Source: Escherichia coli
GTDB taxonomy: Bacteria; Pseudomonadota; Gammaproteobacteria; Enterobacterales; Enterobacteriaceae
Length of the DNA: 64,000 nucleotides
Direction: 5' to 3' (one strand)
Assembly (NCBI RefSeq): GCF_009931435.1
Contig: NZ_CP043414.1
A program made the translations under genes and the position numbers. The notes below the pieces were generated by a model that ran no database searches, was not told the origin of the DNA, and was given only the letters and a program-made list of their open reading frames with translations. Of the stretch, positions 1-10,407 are shown one piece after another. Numbering within the stretch: the first letter of the stretch is position 1; the number at the start of each line of letters is the position of its first letter.

Positions 1-1
1 T

Positions 2-448
2 ACCCAGAGTTACTCCTGTTCGCTGGAACAAATCTCTGATTTCCGCCATGAAATGCGTTATCAGTTCTGGCACGATTTTCTTGGCAACGCGCCGAGCATT
101 CCGCCTGTGCTCTACGGCCTGAATGAAACGCGTCCGAGCCAGGATAAAGACGACGAGCAAGAGGTGTTCTATACCACCGCATTAGCCCAGGATCAGGCAG
201 ATGGCTATGTATTGACCGGGCATCCTGTGATGCTGCAAGGCGGTGAATATGTGATGTTTACCTATGAAGGTCTGGGAACAGGCGTGCAGGAGTTTATCCT
301 GACGGTATACGGAACGTGCATGCCAATGCTTAACCTGACGCGCCGTAAAGGTCAGGATATTGAGCGATACTACCCGGCAGAAGATGCCAAAGCGGGAGAT
401 CGCCCAATTAATCTGCGCTGTGAACTGCTGATTCCGATCCGTCGTTAA
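2..448 (+). CDS. rob: Rob, AraC/XylS-family regulator; C-terminal part only, 5' end outside window
   Basis: Frame is open from the window edge to the stop at 446-448; C-terminal peptide ...GDRPINLRCELLIPIRR and position next to gpmB fit Rob as I recall it. Confidence 0.7.
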   Translation, partial: TQSYSCSLEQISDFRHEMRYQFWHDFLGNAPSIPPVLYGLNETRPSQDKDDEQEVFYTTALAQDQADGYVLTGHPVMLQGGEYVMFTYEGLGTGVQEFILTVYGTCMPMLNLTRRKGQDIERYYPAEDAKAGDRPINLRCELLIPIRR

Positions 449-1092
449 CGCTGCAGCTCATCTAATGCAGGGGCGTCCAGATGCGAGATGTCCCCTGCGG
501 TTTCAACCACCCAGCCAGACGCCAGCCACAAGCTTTCCTGATAATCCACGCGCGAAATAGAACAGTTACGCAGACGTAAGCGACGCTCTGCCCATGCTGG
601 TAATCCGAGAATCGTACTCACCAGGCATCCCAGTGCAATACCGTGGCTCACCAGCAGCGGTCGGCTTCCCTGCGGTAATTCCCGACAAGATTCCAGTGCC
701 GCATTGACACGATCGCTGAGCTCCTGCATAGACTCGCCTTCAGGAATACGTCCGTCGACAGTGCCATTGACCAGTTGGCGACGCCAGTTTTCTTCTTCTT
801 CGGTGAGTGAATCGATATTTCTTGTTTCCAGTACACCCATATTTAATTCACGCAGGCGAGAATCAAAGATGATGTCACAGCCGCAGGCCTGGGCGATGAT
901 TTCCGCCGTGCGGCGGGTGCGCCCTAAATCGCTACTGATGATATGCGTAATGCCAAGCTCTTTGGCACGGGTCGCCACCTGCATCGCCTGTTGCTCACCT
1001 TTGGCAGTCAGCGGGCTGTCAGACTGGCCCTGAATACGTCGCTCGGCGTTCCACTGCGTTTCACCGTGGCGGACTAGGTATACCTGTAACAT
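445..1092 (-). CDS. gpmB: Phosphoglycerate mutase family protein GpmB (YtjC)
   Basis: 215-aa ORF starting MLQVYLVRHGETQWN with the histidine phosphatase RHGE motif; expected length and neighbours. Confidence 0.9.
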   Translation of the reverse strand: MLQVYLVRHGETQWNAERRIQGQSDSPLTAKGEQQAMQVATRAKELGITHIISSDLGRTRRTAEIIAQACGCDIIFDSRLRELNMGVLETRNIDSLTEEEENWRRQLVNGTVDGRIPEGESMQELSDRVNAALESCRELPQGSRPLLVSHGIALGCLVSTILGLPAWAERRLRLRNCSISRVDYQESLWLASGWVVETAGDISHLDAPALDELQR

Positions 1093-1131
1093 GCTTTTTT
1101 TCCGTATACTGCTGTAACGTTAATTTTCTGA

Positions 1132-1994
<863 letters not shown>

Positions 1995-2026
1995 TTAGCG
2001 GGGGAAGCAAAATGCCTCCCCCGGTT

Positions 2027-2044
2027 GTACTCGCTAAAGAGTAC
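2027..2044. promoter_or_regulatory. trpR operator (TrpR autoregulation site)
   Basis: GTACTCGCTAAAGAGTAC palindrome 48-65 bp upstream of the trpR start, resembling the trp operator half-sites GTACT/AGTAC. Confidence 0.5.
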
Positions 2045-2068
2045 GATAGCATATCATAAACGTGCGGA

Positions 2069-4006
2069 TCAGTAACGACGTCCCCATTCCGTGGCGCTCA
2101 TCAACGTTGGTTTATCCCCCATGAAATAGCGGTAGTAAGCGTCATAAGCCAGCACGTTCTTCACATAACCGCGCGTCTCAGAGAACGGAATACTCTCGAC
2201 AAATGCCACTGCGTCGATACGACCAGCGCTGTTGCCAAGCCAGGTGCGCACTCGTCCAGGTCCGGCGTTATAAGCTGCTGAGGCGAAAATACGGTTATTG
2301 CCAAACTGCTGATAAACATATTGCAGGTAACTGGTGCCGATGTTGATGTTCGTTTCCGGATCCAGCAATTGCCCAGGGCTGCTGTAGCCAGGAATAGAGA
2401 ACATCTTCACCGTATGGGTCGCCGTACCAGGCATAATCTGCATCAGCCCGCTGGCCCCTACCGGTGACTTCACTTTCGGATTCCAGGCGCTCTCCTGACG
2501 GGCAATCGCCATCGCATAGCTTTGCGGGATCTCCTTACCGCTGGTGTAACGTTTGAAAAAATCGTTGTAGGCCAGCGGGAATCGTTCTTCCAGATGATCC
2601 CACAACTTCCCGGCGATCGTCGCCTGAACGCTGAGATCCCACCATTGGTTGTTGAAAGCATACCGTGCCAGCTGTGCCTGCTCTGTTTTTGACTTGCTCT
2701 TCACCAGATTGGCCCACTCGCTACGCGCGGTGTTATCGAGATTCCAGTACATCAACTCGCGCACGCGCGCCATCTCCGGCCCCTGAGTCAGGGTGCTGTC
2801 AACATTCTGCGGCGCTTTATCAATCTTCAGCTCATACTCTTCGCCGATGCGCTGTGCAGCAACCATCGGGTAGAAACCACGCTGTTGCATGAGTTGATGC
2901 AGAATCTCTTTCGCTTCAGCTTCACGTCCGCGTTCCAGCAATAAATCGGCCTGCCAGTAACGCCATTCATCTTTCTCTTTCGCTTCCATCGGCAAACGCG
3001 CCAGCCAGGTATTCAGGCCACGCCGATCGCCAGTACCAAGCGCCATCCGCACTCGGCGTTCAATCAACGAGGTGGATTGCGAGCGCATAATGGCGTCATC
3101 GCGCCATTTCGCCTGCTCGTCGGTGACATCGTTGCCCATCAAACGCCAGGCGACGATATCGCGCAGTTCCTGAATCTGATCTTCATTAAGCTGCTGTGCC
3201 TGAGCAAGCGATGGAATCATCAGCCGTGCATTTTCAGCATCCTGCCGTGCCACGCTGGCAAACGCCACCGCCGCCATTTGACGGGTAAAATCGGTCGCAC
3301 CGGTTGTACGCGCGAAGGTCAGTACCGTATTAGGGTTGTTCGCCAGAGAAATAATCGCCGAGGCGATAGTCTGGTAATCAGCAGGCATCTGACCTGCCAG
3401 CACTGTCACCAGACCCGTGTTACCCGCTTTCATCGCCAGACGGATACGCTCTAAATACGCCAGCGGATCTTGTTTGCCTGACGCACGCCAGACACTAAAT
3501 AACTTGTCACAAGCGTTAGGCTGGCTCTTGCCGGTTAGCCACAACTCTTTCGCCCCTTGCCAGGCTTCTTCACTCTGCCCGGTGTTCCATTTCGCATAGT
3601 AGTAATTACATTGCGCTTCGGTAGTTCCGGGCTTTTCCGGGCTAAAGGCTAACAAGCCACGCCAGTCTTCACGCCGCGCCAGTTCATTGACGAAACGAGA
3701 TTGCAGCGTGCGAGCGGGAGGAAGCGTGGGGTTAGCGCGAACAAAGTTAGTGACCGTCACCGCCGGTTGATTCATCAGGTCATCGGTGATCTGACGGTAT
3801 TCCAGGTAGGGATAAAGCGGATAATCTTTCAGTCCAGGCATCATTTGTTCGACCACATCCATTTGTCGATTATCCCAGGCCTGCTTAATTTGCGCGTAAC
3901 GGCTACGCTGCTCATCCAGTGAGTCGGCTCGCGCCACGCTGCTGACCGTCAGCAGACAGACACCGACAGCCAACAGCCGCCAGGTAACGTGTTTGGCTTT
4001 TTCCAC
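2069..4006 (-). CDS. slt: Soluble lytic murein transglycosylase Slt70
   Basis: 645-aa ORF with an N-terminal signal peptide and a C-terminal lysozyme-like domain (...ESAWNPKVKSPVGASGLMQIMPGTA...). Confidence 0.95.
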   Translation of the reverse strand: MEKAKHVTWRLLAVGVCLLTVSSVARADSLDEQRSRYAQIKQAWDNRQMDVVEQMMPGLKDYPLYPYLEYRQITDDLMNQPAVTVTNFVRANPTLPPARTLQSRFVNELARREDWRGLLAFSPEKPGTTEAQCNYYYAKWNTGQSEEAWQGAKELWLTGKSQPNACDKLFSVWRASGKQDPLAYLERIRLAMKAGNTGLVTVLAGQMPADYQTIASAIISLANNPNTVLTFARTTGATDFTRQMAAVAFASVARQDAENARLMIPSLAQAQQLNEDQIQELRDIVAWRLMGNDVTDEQAKWRDDAIMRSQSTSLIERRVRMALGTGDRRGLNTWLARLPMEAKEKDEWRYWQADLLLERGREAEAKEILHQLMQQRGFYPMVAAQRIGEEYELKIDKAPQNVDSTLTQGPEMARVRELMYWNLDNTARSEWANLVKSKSKTEQAQLARYAFNNQWWDLSVQATIAGKLWDHLEERFPLAYNDFFKRYTSGKEIPQSYAMAIARQESAWNPKVKSPVGASGLMQIMPGTATHTVKMFSIPGYSSPGQLLDPETNINIGTSYLQYVYQQFGNNRIFASAAYNAGPGRVRTWLGNSAGRIDAVAFVESIPFSETRGYVKNVLAYDAYYRYFMGDKPTLMSATEWGRRY

Positions 4007-4216
4007 AAGCGCATCCTCTAAGTGTCAATACATCAATGCAGCGTCATGCCGCGTAATAGATTTATGCTAACCAGTCATTGCCGTTTACGCCACGTTACGG
4101 ACACTTTTTTACTTTTACTGCGAGGGTGATCGACCGGCTGGGATTAGATAAGGAAACAGGCTACACTTCGCCTTTGAAAAATCATCATCACGATAAACAT
4201 AGAGGCGAAGTCCAAC

Positions 4217-5884
4217 GTGGCTCAATTCGTTTATACCATGCATCGTGTCGGCAAAGTTGTTCCGCCGAAACGTCATATTTTGAAAAACATCTCTCTGAGT
4301 TTCTTCCCTGGGGCAAAAATTGGTGTCCTGGGTCTGAACGGCGCGGGTAAGTCTACCCTGCTGCGCATTATGGCGGGCATTGATAAAGACATCGAAGGTG
4401 AAGCGCGTCCGCAACCGGATATCAAGATTGGTTACCTGCCGCAGGAACCTCAGCTGAACCCGGAACACACCGTGCGTGAGTCCATTGAAGAAGCGGTTTC
4501 TGAAGTGGTTAACGCTCTGAAACGTCTGGATGAAGTGTATGCGCTGTACGCCGATCCGGATGCCGATTTTGACAAGCTGGCCGCTGAACAAGGCCGTCTG
4601 GAAGAGATCATTCAGGCTCATGACGGTCATAACCTGAACGTTCAGCTGGAGCGTGCGGCGGATGCGCTGCGTCTGCCGGACTGGGACGCGAAAATCGCTA
4701 ACCTTTCCGGTGGTGAGCGTCGTCGCGTGGCGTTGTGCCGCCTGCTGTTGGAAAAACCAGACATGCTGCTGCTCGACGAACCGACCAACCACCTGGATGC
4801 CGAATCCGTAGCGTGGCTGGAACGCTTCCTGCACGACTTCGAGGGCACCGTGGTTGCGATTACCCACGACCGTTACTTCCTCGATAACGTTGCAGGCTGG
4901 ATCCTCGAACTTGACCGCGGTGAAGGTATTCCGTGGGAAGGTAACTACTCCTCCTGGCTGGAGCAGAAAGATCAGCGTCTGGCGCAGGAAGCTTCACAAG
5001 AAGCAGCGCGTCGTAAGTCGATCGAGAAAGAGCTGGAGTGGGTACGTCAGGGAACTAAAGGCCGTCAGTCGAAAGGTAAAGCACGTCTGGCGCGCTTTGA
5101 AGAGCTGAACAGCACCGAATATCAGAAACGTAACGAAACCAACGAACTGTTTATTCCACCTGGACCGCGTCTGGGCGATAAAGTGCTGGAAGTCAGCAAC
5201 CTGCGTAAATCTTACGGCGATCGTCTGCTGATTGATGATCTGAGCTTCTCGATCCCGAAAGGGGCGATCGTCGGGATCATCGGTCCGAACGGCGCGGGTA
5301 AATCAACCCTGTTCCGTATGATCTCTGGTCAGGAACAGCCAGACAGCGGCACCATCACTTTAGGTGAAACGGTGAAACTGGCATCTGTCGATCAGTTCCG
5401 TGACTCAATGGATAACAGCAAAACCGTTTGGGAAGAAGTTTCCGGCGGGCTGGATATCATGAAGATCGGTAACACCGAGATGCCAAGCCGCGCCTACGTT
5501 GGCCGCTTTAACTTTAAAGGGGTTGATCAGGGTAAACGCGTTGGCGAACTCTCCGGTGGTGAGCGTGGTCGTCTGCATCTGGCGAAGCTGCTGCAGGTTG
5601 GCGGCAACATGCTGCTGCTCGACGAACCGACCAACGACCTGGATATCGAAACCCTGCGTGCGCTGGAAAACGCCCTGCTGGAGTTCCCGGGCTGCGCGAT
5701 GGTTATCTCGCACGACCGTTGGTTCCTCGACCGTATCGCCACACACATTCTGGATTACCAGGATGAAGGTAAAGTTGAGTTCTTTGAAGGTAACTTTACC
5801 GAGTACGAAGAGTACAAGAAACGCACGCTGGGCGCAGACGCGCTGGAGCCGAAGCGTATCAAGTACAAGCGTATTGCGAAGTAA
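4217..5884 (+). CDS. ettA: ABC-F translation factor EttA (YjjK)
   Basis: 555 aa with two ABC cassettes (GLNGAGKST..LSGGERRR..LLLDEPTNHLD and GPNGAGKST..LSGGERGR..LLLDEPTNDLD). Confidence 0.95.
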   Translation: MAQFVYTMHRVGKVVPPKRHILKNISLSFFPGAKIGVLGLNGAGKSTLLRIMAGIDKDIEGEARPQPDIKIGYLPQEPQLNPEHTVRESIEEAVSEVVNALKRLDEVYALYADPDADFDKLAAEQGRLEEIIQAHDGHNLNVQLERAADALRLPDWDAKIANLSGGERRRVALCRLLLEKPDMLLLDEPTNHLDAESVAWLERFLHDFEGTVVAITHDRYFLDNVAGWILELDRGEGIPWEGNYSSWLEQKDQRLAQEASQEAARRKSIEKELEWVRQGTKGRQSKGKARLARFEELNSTEYQKRNETNELFIPPGPRLGDKVLEVSNLRKSYGDRLLIDDLSFSIPKGAIVGIIGPNGAGKSTLFRMISGQEQPDSGTITLGETVKLASVDQFRDSMDNSKTVWEEVSGGLDIMKIGNTEMPSRAYVGRFNFKGVDQGKRVGELSGGERGRLHLAKLLQVGGNMLLLDEPTNDLDIETLRALENALLEFPGCAMVISHDRWFLDRIATHILDYQDEGKVEFFEGNFTEYEEYKKRTLGADALEPKRIKYKRIAK

Positions 5885-5894
5885 TGCATAAAAT

Positions 5895-5925
5895 GCCGGA
5901 TGCGGCGCGCCAGCATCGCATCCGG
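5895..5925. terminator. REP-like hairpin downstream of ettA
   Basis: GCCGGATGCG ... CGCATCCGG inverted repeat starting 11 nt after the ettA stop; no clear U-tract, so it may be a REP element rather than a classical terminator. Confidence 0.4.
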
Positions 5926-5939
5926 TAATAGTTAAATGA

Positions 5940-6224
5940 TTAATGGGAGGCAAGTTCCCGGAAAAAGGCAGGATTTTCTTTAATTGTGGCAAGTACTTTT
6001 GCAGCCAATCCCGTAGGATTTCTTCGCTTCGATTCCCAGCTTTTAATGGTATCCACACTGGTTCCCAGAGCTTTTGCCATCTCACTTTGCGAAACGTTGA
6101 GTTGCTCACGAATAGCTTTAACATCCGCAATTTCGTAGCGGGTCACCCGTGCAGGTTCTTTTAAACCTTGTTTAATCTCGACAGCCTCTTCCAGAGAGGT
6201 TTTCAACTCATCAAAAAAACTCAT
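5940..6224 (-). CDS. HTH (XRE-family) antitoxin, HigA-like
   Basis: 94 aa from ATG 6222-6224 (track ORF starts at an upstream GTG, 6236); HTH segment ...IREQLNVSQSEMAKALGTSVDTIKSWESKRRNP...; GAGGT Shine-Dalgarno; starts 2 nt after the toxin stop. Confidence 0.7.
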   Translation of the reverse strand: MSFFDELKTSLEEAVEIKQGLKEPARVTRYEIADVKAIREQLNVSQSEMAKALGTSVDTIKSWESKRRNPTGLAAKVLATIKENPAFFRELASH

Positions 6225-6225
6225 T

Positions 6226-6558
6226 TTATACCTCACCTTTGAGCAGTTTCGTCAACTTCTTTAGTTGAGCTTTTTCCGTATCTGTCAGACTGTCTTTGGC
6301 ATTCTTCGGATAGGCCATAATCAAATAAATAATCTCTTCCGTCGCCAGAAAGTAAATTATTCTGACACTACCACTTTTTCCCTGTGAACCCGCAGCCATT
6401 CGGACTTTACGCAATCCACCAGTCTGCTGAATGAGATCACCTTTATCGGGAGTTCCGATGAGTTCTTTTTGCAATTCCTTTAATTCATCATCGGTTGCAA
6501 TCTGCTTGATCTGACGCGTAAACATTGGCGTCTCTATAAATATTATCGCCTTGCCCAT
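6226..6558 (-). CDS. Type II toxin, RelE/ParE superfamily (HigB-like)
   Basis: 110 aa from ATG 6556-6558 preceded by a GGGAGGGG Shine-Dalgarno; motif ...GGLRKVRMAAGSQGKSGSVRIIYF... typical of HigB/Gp49-type toxins; toxin-first gene order as in higBA. Confidence 0.65.
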   Translation of the reverse strand: MGKAIIFIETPMFTRQIKQIATDDELKELQKELIGTPDKGDLIQQTGGLRKVRMAAGSQGKSGSVRIIYFLATEEIIYLIMAYPKNAKDSLTDTEKAQLKKLTKLLKGEV

Positions 6559-6649
6559 TACCCCTCCCTGGCAGGTACATTGTACACCAAAATGGAGTAC
6601 TAAGTACACTTTTGAATCAGTAATATCACTCAACATCTTATAAAGATGA

Positions 6650-7882
6650 TTATCCCTGCTCCCCCATCATCTCCCGCACCAACTCCACGCAGCGCAGGAA
6701 ACGGCTGTCGTAATCGTCCTCTTCAACCCGCACAAATTCGATATTGTTCTCTTCCAGCATCTCCACCAGCAAGTTCTGGAACTCTTTGCGATCCACCGAA
6801 CTGCCGAGACTGCGTAAACCATCCGCCACCCACGGCGTGTTGTTCTCCAGCAGAATCACCAGATCAAAACGGTATTCATCGATCAGCGCCTGTACGAACG
6901 GATGCTCGCGCCCTTCGTACTTTTTGCAGAACGCCTGAGTTGTCACAAAATCGGTGTCGATAAACGCCACTTTATTGGCATATTTTACTGCAAAATCAAT
7001 ATATTGAGCGTGTCCAAGTGCGATTTTATCGTAGTCGGAATACTGCAATGCAATCTCATCGCCGCCAAGATGCGAAAAGACATAATCGCGACCATATTCC
7101 CATGCACTGGTAGTGTTGAAGATATTGGCAAGTTTGTTTACCAGGGTGGATTTACCGCTCGACTCGCCGCCGAGGATCGCCACGGTGCGCACAAAGAACG
7201 GCTTCACTTCGGTAGGAATATATTCCCAGTAGCGGAACGGATTTTCGCGGATCTGCGCACCACTGATACTCATAAAAGTACGTTTCGGATCGACCAACAC
7301 CGTTTCGATCCCCAGATGCTCCATATACTGCGGCGCGTCGGCTTCTTCCGAGGTGTAGATCAGATCCGGCTGGATCCCTTTTTCAGCCATAAACTTTTTG
7401 ATGCCGTTGCTCCACACATCCCAGCCATGCGGATACGGCTCCATGCCCTCTTCGTTGAAGGCATGAATGCGAATATTTTTCTGATATTTAAAAGTTTGCA
7501 ATAACCAGCGCAGACGATCCGGCACCGTGGGCTGCTGCGACATGGCGCTGTCTTCGAACAACGCGCGGTCGCGGGTATCGTCAAAGCCCATAATGATATG
7601 CAGCTCGTCAACCTGACTACAGGCACGCTGGATAAGGTAGATATGTCCGGTATGCAGCGGGTAAAACTTACCGAATACAACACCAATAGTTTTCTTCTGC
7701 CGGGGAAATTCAAGTCCCAAATAACGGTGCAACGCCTCCAGCTTTTGCGCGCTGGGGCTTTTAATTTTGGCATTCAGTAACTGGCTTAAATACCCTTTGG
7801 TCATACCGCTGGCATCAGCCACCTGCTGTAGCGTACAGCCCTGTTGCTTGATGGCAGTTTTCAGATAATCAAATGACGACAT
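6650..7882 (-). CDS. nadR: NadR: transcriptional regulator / NMN adenylyltransferase / ribosylnicotinamide kinase
   Basis: Start placed at MSSFDYLKTAIKQQG... (410 aa) with a GGAGGGAG Shine-Dalgarno; HTH, GVVFGKFYPLHTGH nucleotidyltransferase motif and GGESSGKST P-loop. Confidence 0.9.
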   Translation of the reverse strand: MSSFDYLKTAIKQQGCTLQQVADASGMTKGYLSQLLNAKIKSPSAQKLEALHRYLGLEFPRQKKTIGVVFGKFYPLHTGHIYLIQRACSQVDELHIIMGFDDTRDRALFEDSAMSQQPTVPDRLRWLLQTFKYQKNIRIHAFNEEGMEPYPHGWDVWSNGIKKFMAEKGIQPDLIYTSEEADAPQYMEHLGIETVLVDPKRTFMSISGAQIRENPFRYWEYIPTEVKPFFVRTVAILGGESSGKSTLVNKLANIFNTTSAWEYGRDYVFSHLGGDEIALQYSDYDKIALGHAQYIDFAVKYANKVAFIDTDFVTTQAFCKKYEGREHPFVQALIDEYRFDLVILLENNTPWVADGLRSLGSSVDRKEFQNLLVEMLEENNIEFVRVEEDDYDSRFLRCVELVREMMGEQG

Positions 7883-7902
7883 ATCTCCCTCCGTATCTCT
7901 CA

Positions 7903-9285
7903 TTATAAGTCGTCGAACACGCTAAGCGCGTCGGAGAGTTTTTTAACGCCAAAAATCTGCATCCCTTCCGGCGCTTTTTTCGGCACGTTGGCTGCCGGAA
8001 CAATCGCCCGCCGAAAACCATGTTTCGCCGCTTCAGAAATCCGCTCCTGGCCGCTGGGCACCGGGCGGATCTCCCCTGCCAGCCCGACTTCACCAAACAC
8101 CACCAGATCCTGCGGTAGCGGTCTGTCGCGCAGGCTGGAAACCATCGCCAGTAGTAACGCTAAATCGGCACTGGTTTCCGTCACCTTCACGCCGCCGACC
8201 ACGTTCACAAATACATCCTGATCGGCCATTTGCAGACCACCGTGACGGTGCAACACCGCCAGCAGGATCGCCAAACGGTTTTGCTCCAGCCCCACTGCCA
8301 CGCGGCGCGGATTCGCCATCATCGAGTGATCGACCAGCGCCTGGATCTCCACCAGCAGCGGACGAGTTCCTTCCCACACCACCATCACTGAGCTGCCGGA
8401 GGTCACTTCATCGCCGCGACTTAAGAAAATTGCCGAAGGGTTACTGACTTCACGCAGCCCCTGCTCGGTCATCGCAAATACGCCCAGTTCATTTACCGCG
8501 CCGAAGCGGTTTTTATGGCTGCGCAGGGTGCGGAAACGGGAGTCGGCATCGCCGTCCAGAAGCACCGAGCAGTCGATACAGTGTTCCAGCACTTTAGGGC
8601 CTGCCAGCGAACCATCTTTGGTTACGTGCCCCACCATGACAATCGCCACACCGCGCGTTTTGGCGAAGCGCGTCAGATAAGCCGCCGTTTCACGCACCTG
8701 TGCCACGCTGCCAGGCGATGATTGTACATCCGCCATATGCATCACCTGGATGGAGTCAATGACCATCAGCTTCGGTTGCTCTTCTTCGGCAATCAGGCAG
8801 ATCTGTTCGATGCTGGTTTCCGACAACATATTGAGATTGTCAGTCGGCAGGCCGAGGCGATGAGCGCGCATTGCCACCTGTTGCAGCGACTCTTCGCCAG
8901 TGACATATAGCGTTTTCATCTGCTGCGCCAGTTTGCACAGCGTTTGCAGTAGCAGCGTGGATTTCCCGGCTCCTGGGTTACCGCCAATCAGAATAGCGCT
9001 TCCTGGCACTACGCCACCGCCTAATACGCGGTCGAACTCTTTAAATCCGGTGGAAAAACGCGGCAACTCCTCAAGGCTGATATCGGAGAGTTTCTGGACT
9101 TTTGCCACCCCGGCGCTACCGGCATAGCCACTGAGACGCTCGTTACGCGCCACCGTTGGCGACGCAGCAAGACGCACCTCGGTGATGGTGTTCCAGGCAT
9201 GGCAGGCGCTGCACTGCCCCTGCCAGCGCGGATAATCGGCCCCGCATTCATTACAAACAAAGGCGCGTTTTGGAGCTTTTGCCAC
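7903..9285 (-). CDS. radA: DNA repair protein RadA (Sms)
   Basis: Zinc-finger CNECGADYPRWQGQCSACHAWN, Walker A GGNPGAGKST and a Lon-like C-terminal domain; GTG start chosen to give MAKAPKRAF... (460 aa). Confidence 0.9.
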   Translation of the reverse strand: MAKAPKRAFVCNECGADYPRWQGQCSACHAWNTITEVRLAASPTVARNERLSGYAGSAGVAKVQKLSDISLEELPRFSTGFKEFDRVLGGGVVPGSAILIGGNPGAGKSTLLLQTLCKLAQQMKTLYVTGEESLQQVAMRAHRLGLPTDNLNMLSETSIEQICLIAEEEQPKLMVIDSIQVMHMADVQSSPGSVAQVRETAAYLTRFAKTRGVAIVMVGHVTKDGSLAGPKVLEHCIDCSVLLDGDADSRFRTLRSHKNRFGAVNELGVFAMTEQGLREVSNPSAIFLSRGDEVTSGSSVMVVWEGTRPLLVEIQALVDHSMMANPRRVAVGLEQNRLAILLAVLHRHGGLQMADQDVFVNVVGGVKVTETSADLALLLAMVSSLRDRPLPQDLVVFGEVGLAGEIRPVPSGQERISEAAKHGFRRAIVPAANVPKKAPEGMQIFGVKKLSDALSVFDDL

Positions 9286-9333
9286 GGTGTACCTCGTTAA
9301 TACTGTGCCGCCCGCAGGATGACGGGCGGACAA

Positions 9334-10302
9334 TTACTTCTGATTCAGGCTGCCAGAGAGGATGCAGAATACCCCCATCAGGTCAGCGTGACGGATGGTG
9401 ACTTCCGTCTTTTCATTCACTTTTGGCTTGGCATGGTAGGCAATCCCCAGACCTGCCGCTTTGATCATCGGCAGGTCGTTGGCACCATCGCCAATCGCCA
9501 CGGTTTGCGCCAGCGGGATTTCATACTCCTGCGCCAGGCGGGTAAGGGTTTTCGCTTTATACTGAGCGTCTACAATGTCGCCAATCACATTACCGGTAAA
9601 TTTACCGTCCATGATCTCCAGTTCATTGGCTACTACGGCGGTCAGGCGCAGCTTATCGCGCAGGTATTCGGCAAAGAAGGTAAAACCGCCGGAGGCAATC
9701 GCCACTTTCCAGCCCAGCGTTTCCAGTTTGAGTACCAGCTGCGTTAAGCCTGGCATCAGCGGCAGATTTTCCCGCACCTGTTGCAGAATGTTCGCGTCAG
9801 CGCCTTTCAGCGTCGCCACGCGGCTGCGCAGGCTGGCGGTAAAATCGAGTTCGCCGCGCATCGCCCGCTCGGTTACTTCCGCCACCATCTCGCCGGTTCC
9901 GGCCAGTTTGGCAATTTCGTCAATACATTCAATCTGAATGGCGGTGGAATCCATGTCCATCACCAGCAGACCTGGCGTGCGCAGATGCGGAATTTTCCCC
10001 AGCGGCGCGACATCCAGTTGTGCTTCATGGGCCAGGCGCGTAGCCCGGGCGGTAAGCGAACCTGCCAGACGAATCACCTGATAATCTTCCACGCACCAGG
10101 CGGCAACAATCACCATCGCCGCGCCCAGTTTGCTTTGGTACTGGGTCAGACGTTGTTTATCCAGCCCACGACCATACAGCAGCCAGCCGCTACGACCTGC
10201 GTGGTAATCCAGTGGCATCACTTCATCACCACTTAATGAAAGAGGCAGACCAGGCCATAAAGAGACATCTTCAGGCAGGTCGCACCAGGTAATGTTAGGC
10301 AT
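9334..10302 (-). CDS. serB: Phosphoserine phosphatase SerB
   Basis: Start placed at MPNITWCDLPEDVSL... (322 aa); HAD motifs DMDST and GDGANDLPM. Confidence 0.9.
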   Translation of the reverse strand: MPNITWCDLPEDVSLWPGLPLSLSGDEVMPLDYHAGRSGWLLYGRGLDKQRLTQYQSKLGAAMVIVAAWCVEDYQVIRLAGSLTARATRLAHEAQLDVAPLGKIPHLRTPGLLVMDMDSTAIQIECIDEIAKLAGTGEMVAEVTERAMRGELDFTASLRSRVATLKGADANILQQVRENLPLMPGLTQLVLKLETLGWKVAIASGGFTFFAEYLRDKLRLTAVVANELEIMDGKFTGNVIGDIVDAQYKAKTLTRLAQEYEIPLAQTVAIGDGANDLPMIKAAGLGIAYHAKPKVNEKTEVTIRHADLMGVFCILSGSLNQK

Positions 10303-10407
10303 TAAGGCTCCTGTAAAATCGTTCGAAGCAGGGAAAATAACGCATGAGGCTACCTTGTATCCATTGCTTCTGGCAACATTAAGTCTCAAATTTTCAAAGG
10401 GTGGAAG

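Noticed and set aside
2000-2023. GC-rich hairpin CGGGGGA...TCCCCCG considered as an slt terminator
   Set aside because: No U-tract on either strand, and it lies in the trpR promoter/operator region; not called.
5405-6130. 241-aa ORF on the minus strand spanning the ettA 3' end and the antitoxin gene
   Set aside because: Overlaps ettA in antisense and is out of frame with the HTH antitoxin; no domain signal.
6646-6963. 105-aa Pro/Ser-rich ORF on the plus strand
   Set aside because: Antisense to the nadR 3' end; compositional artefact.
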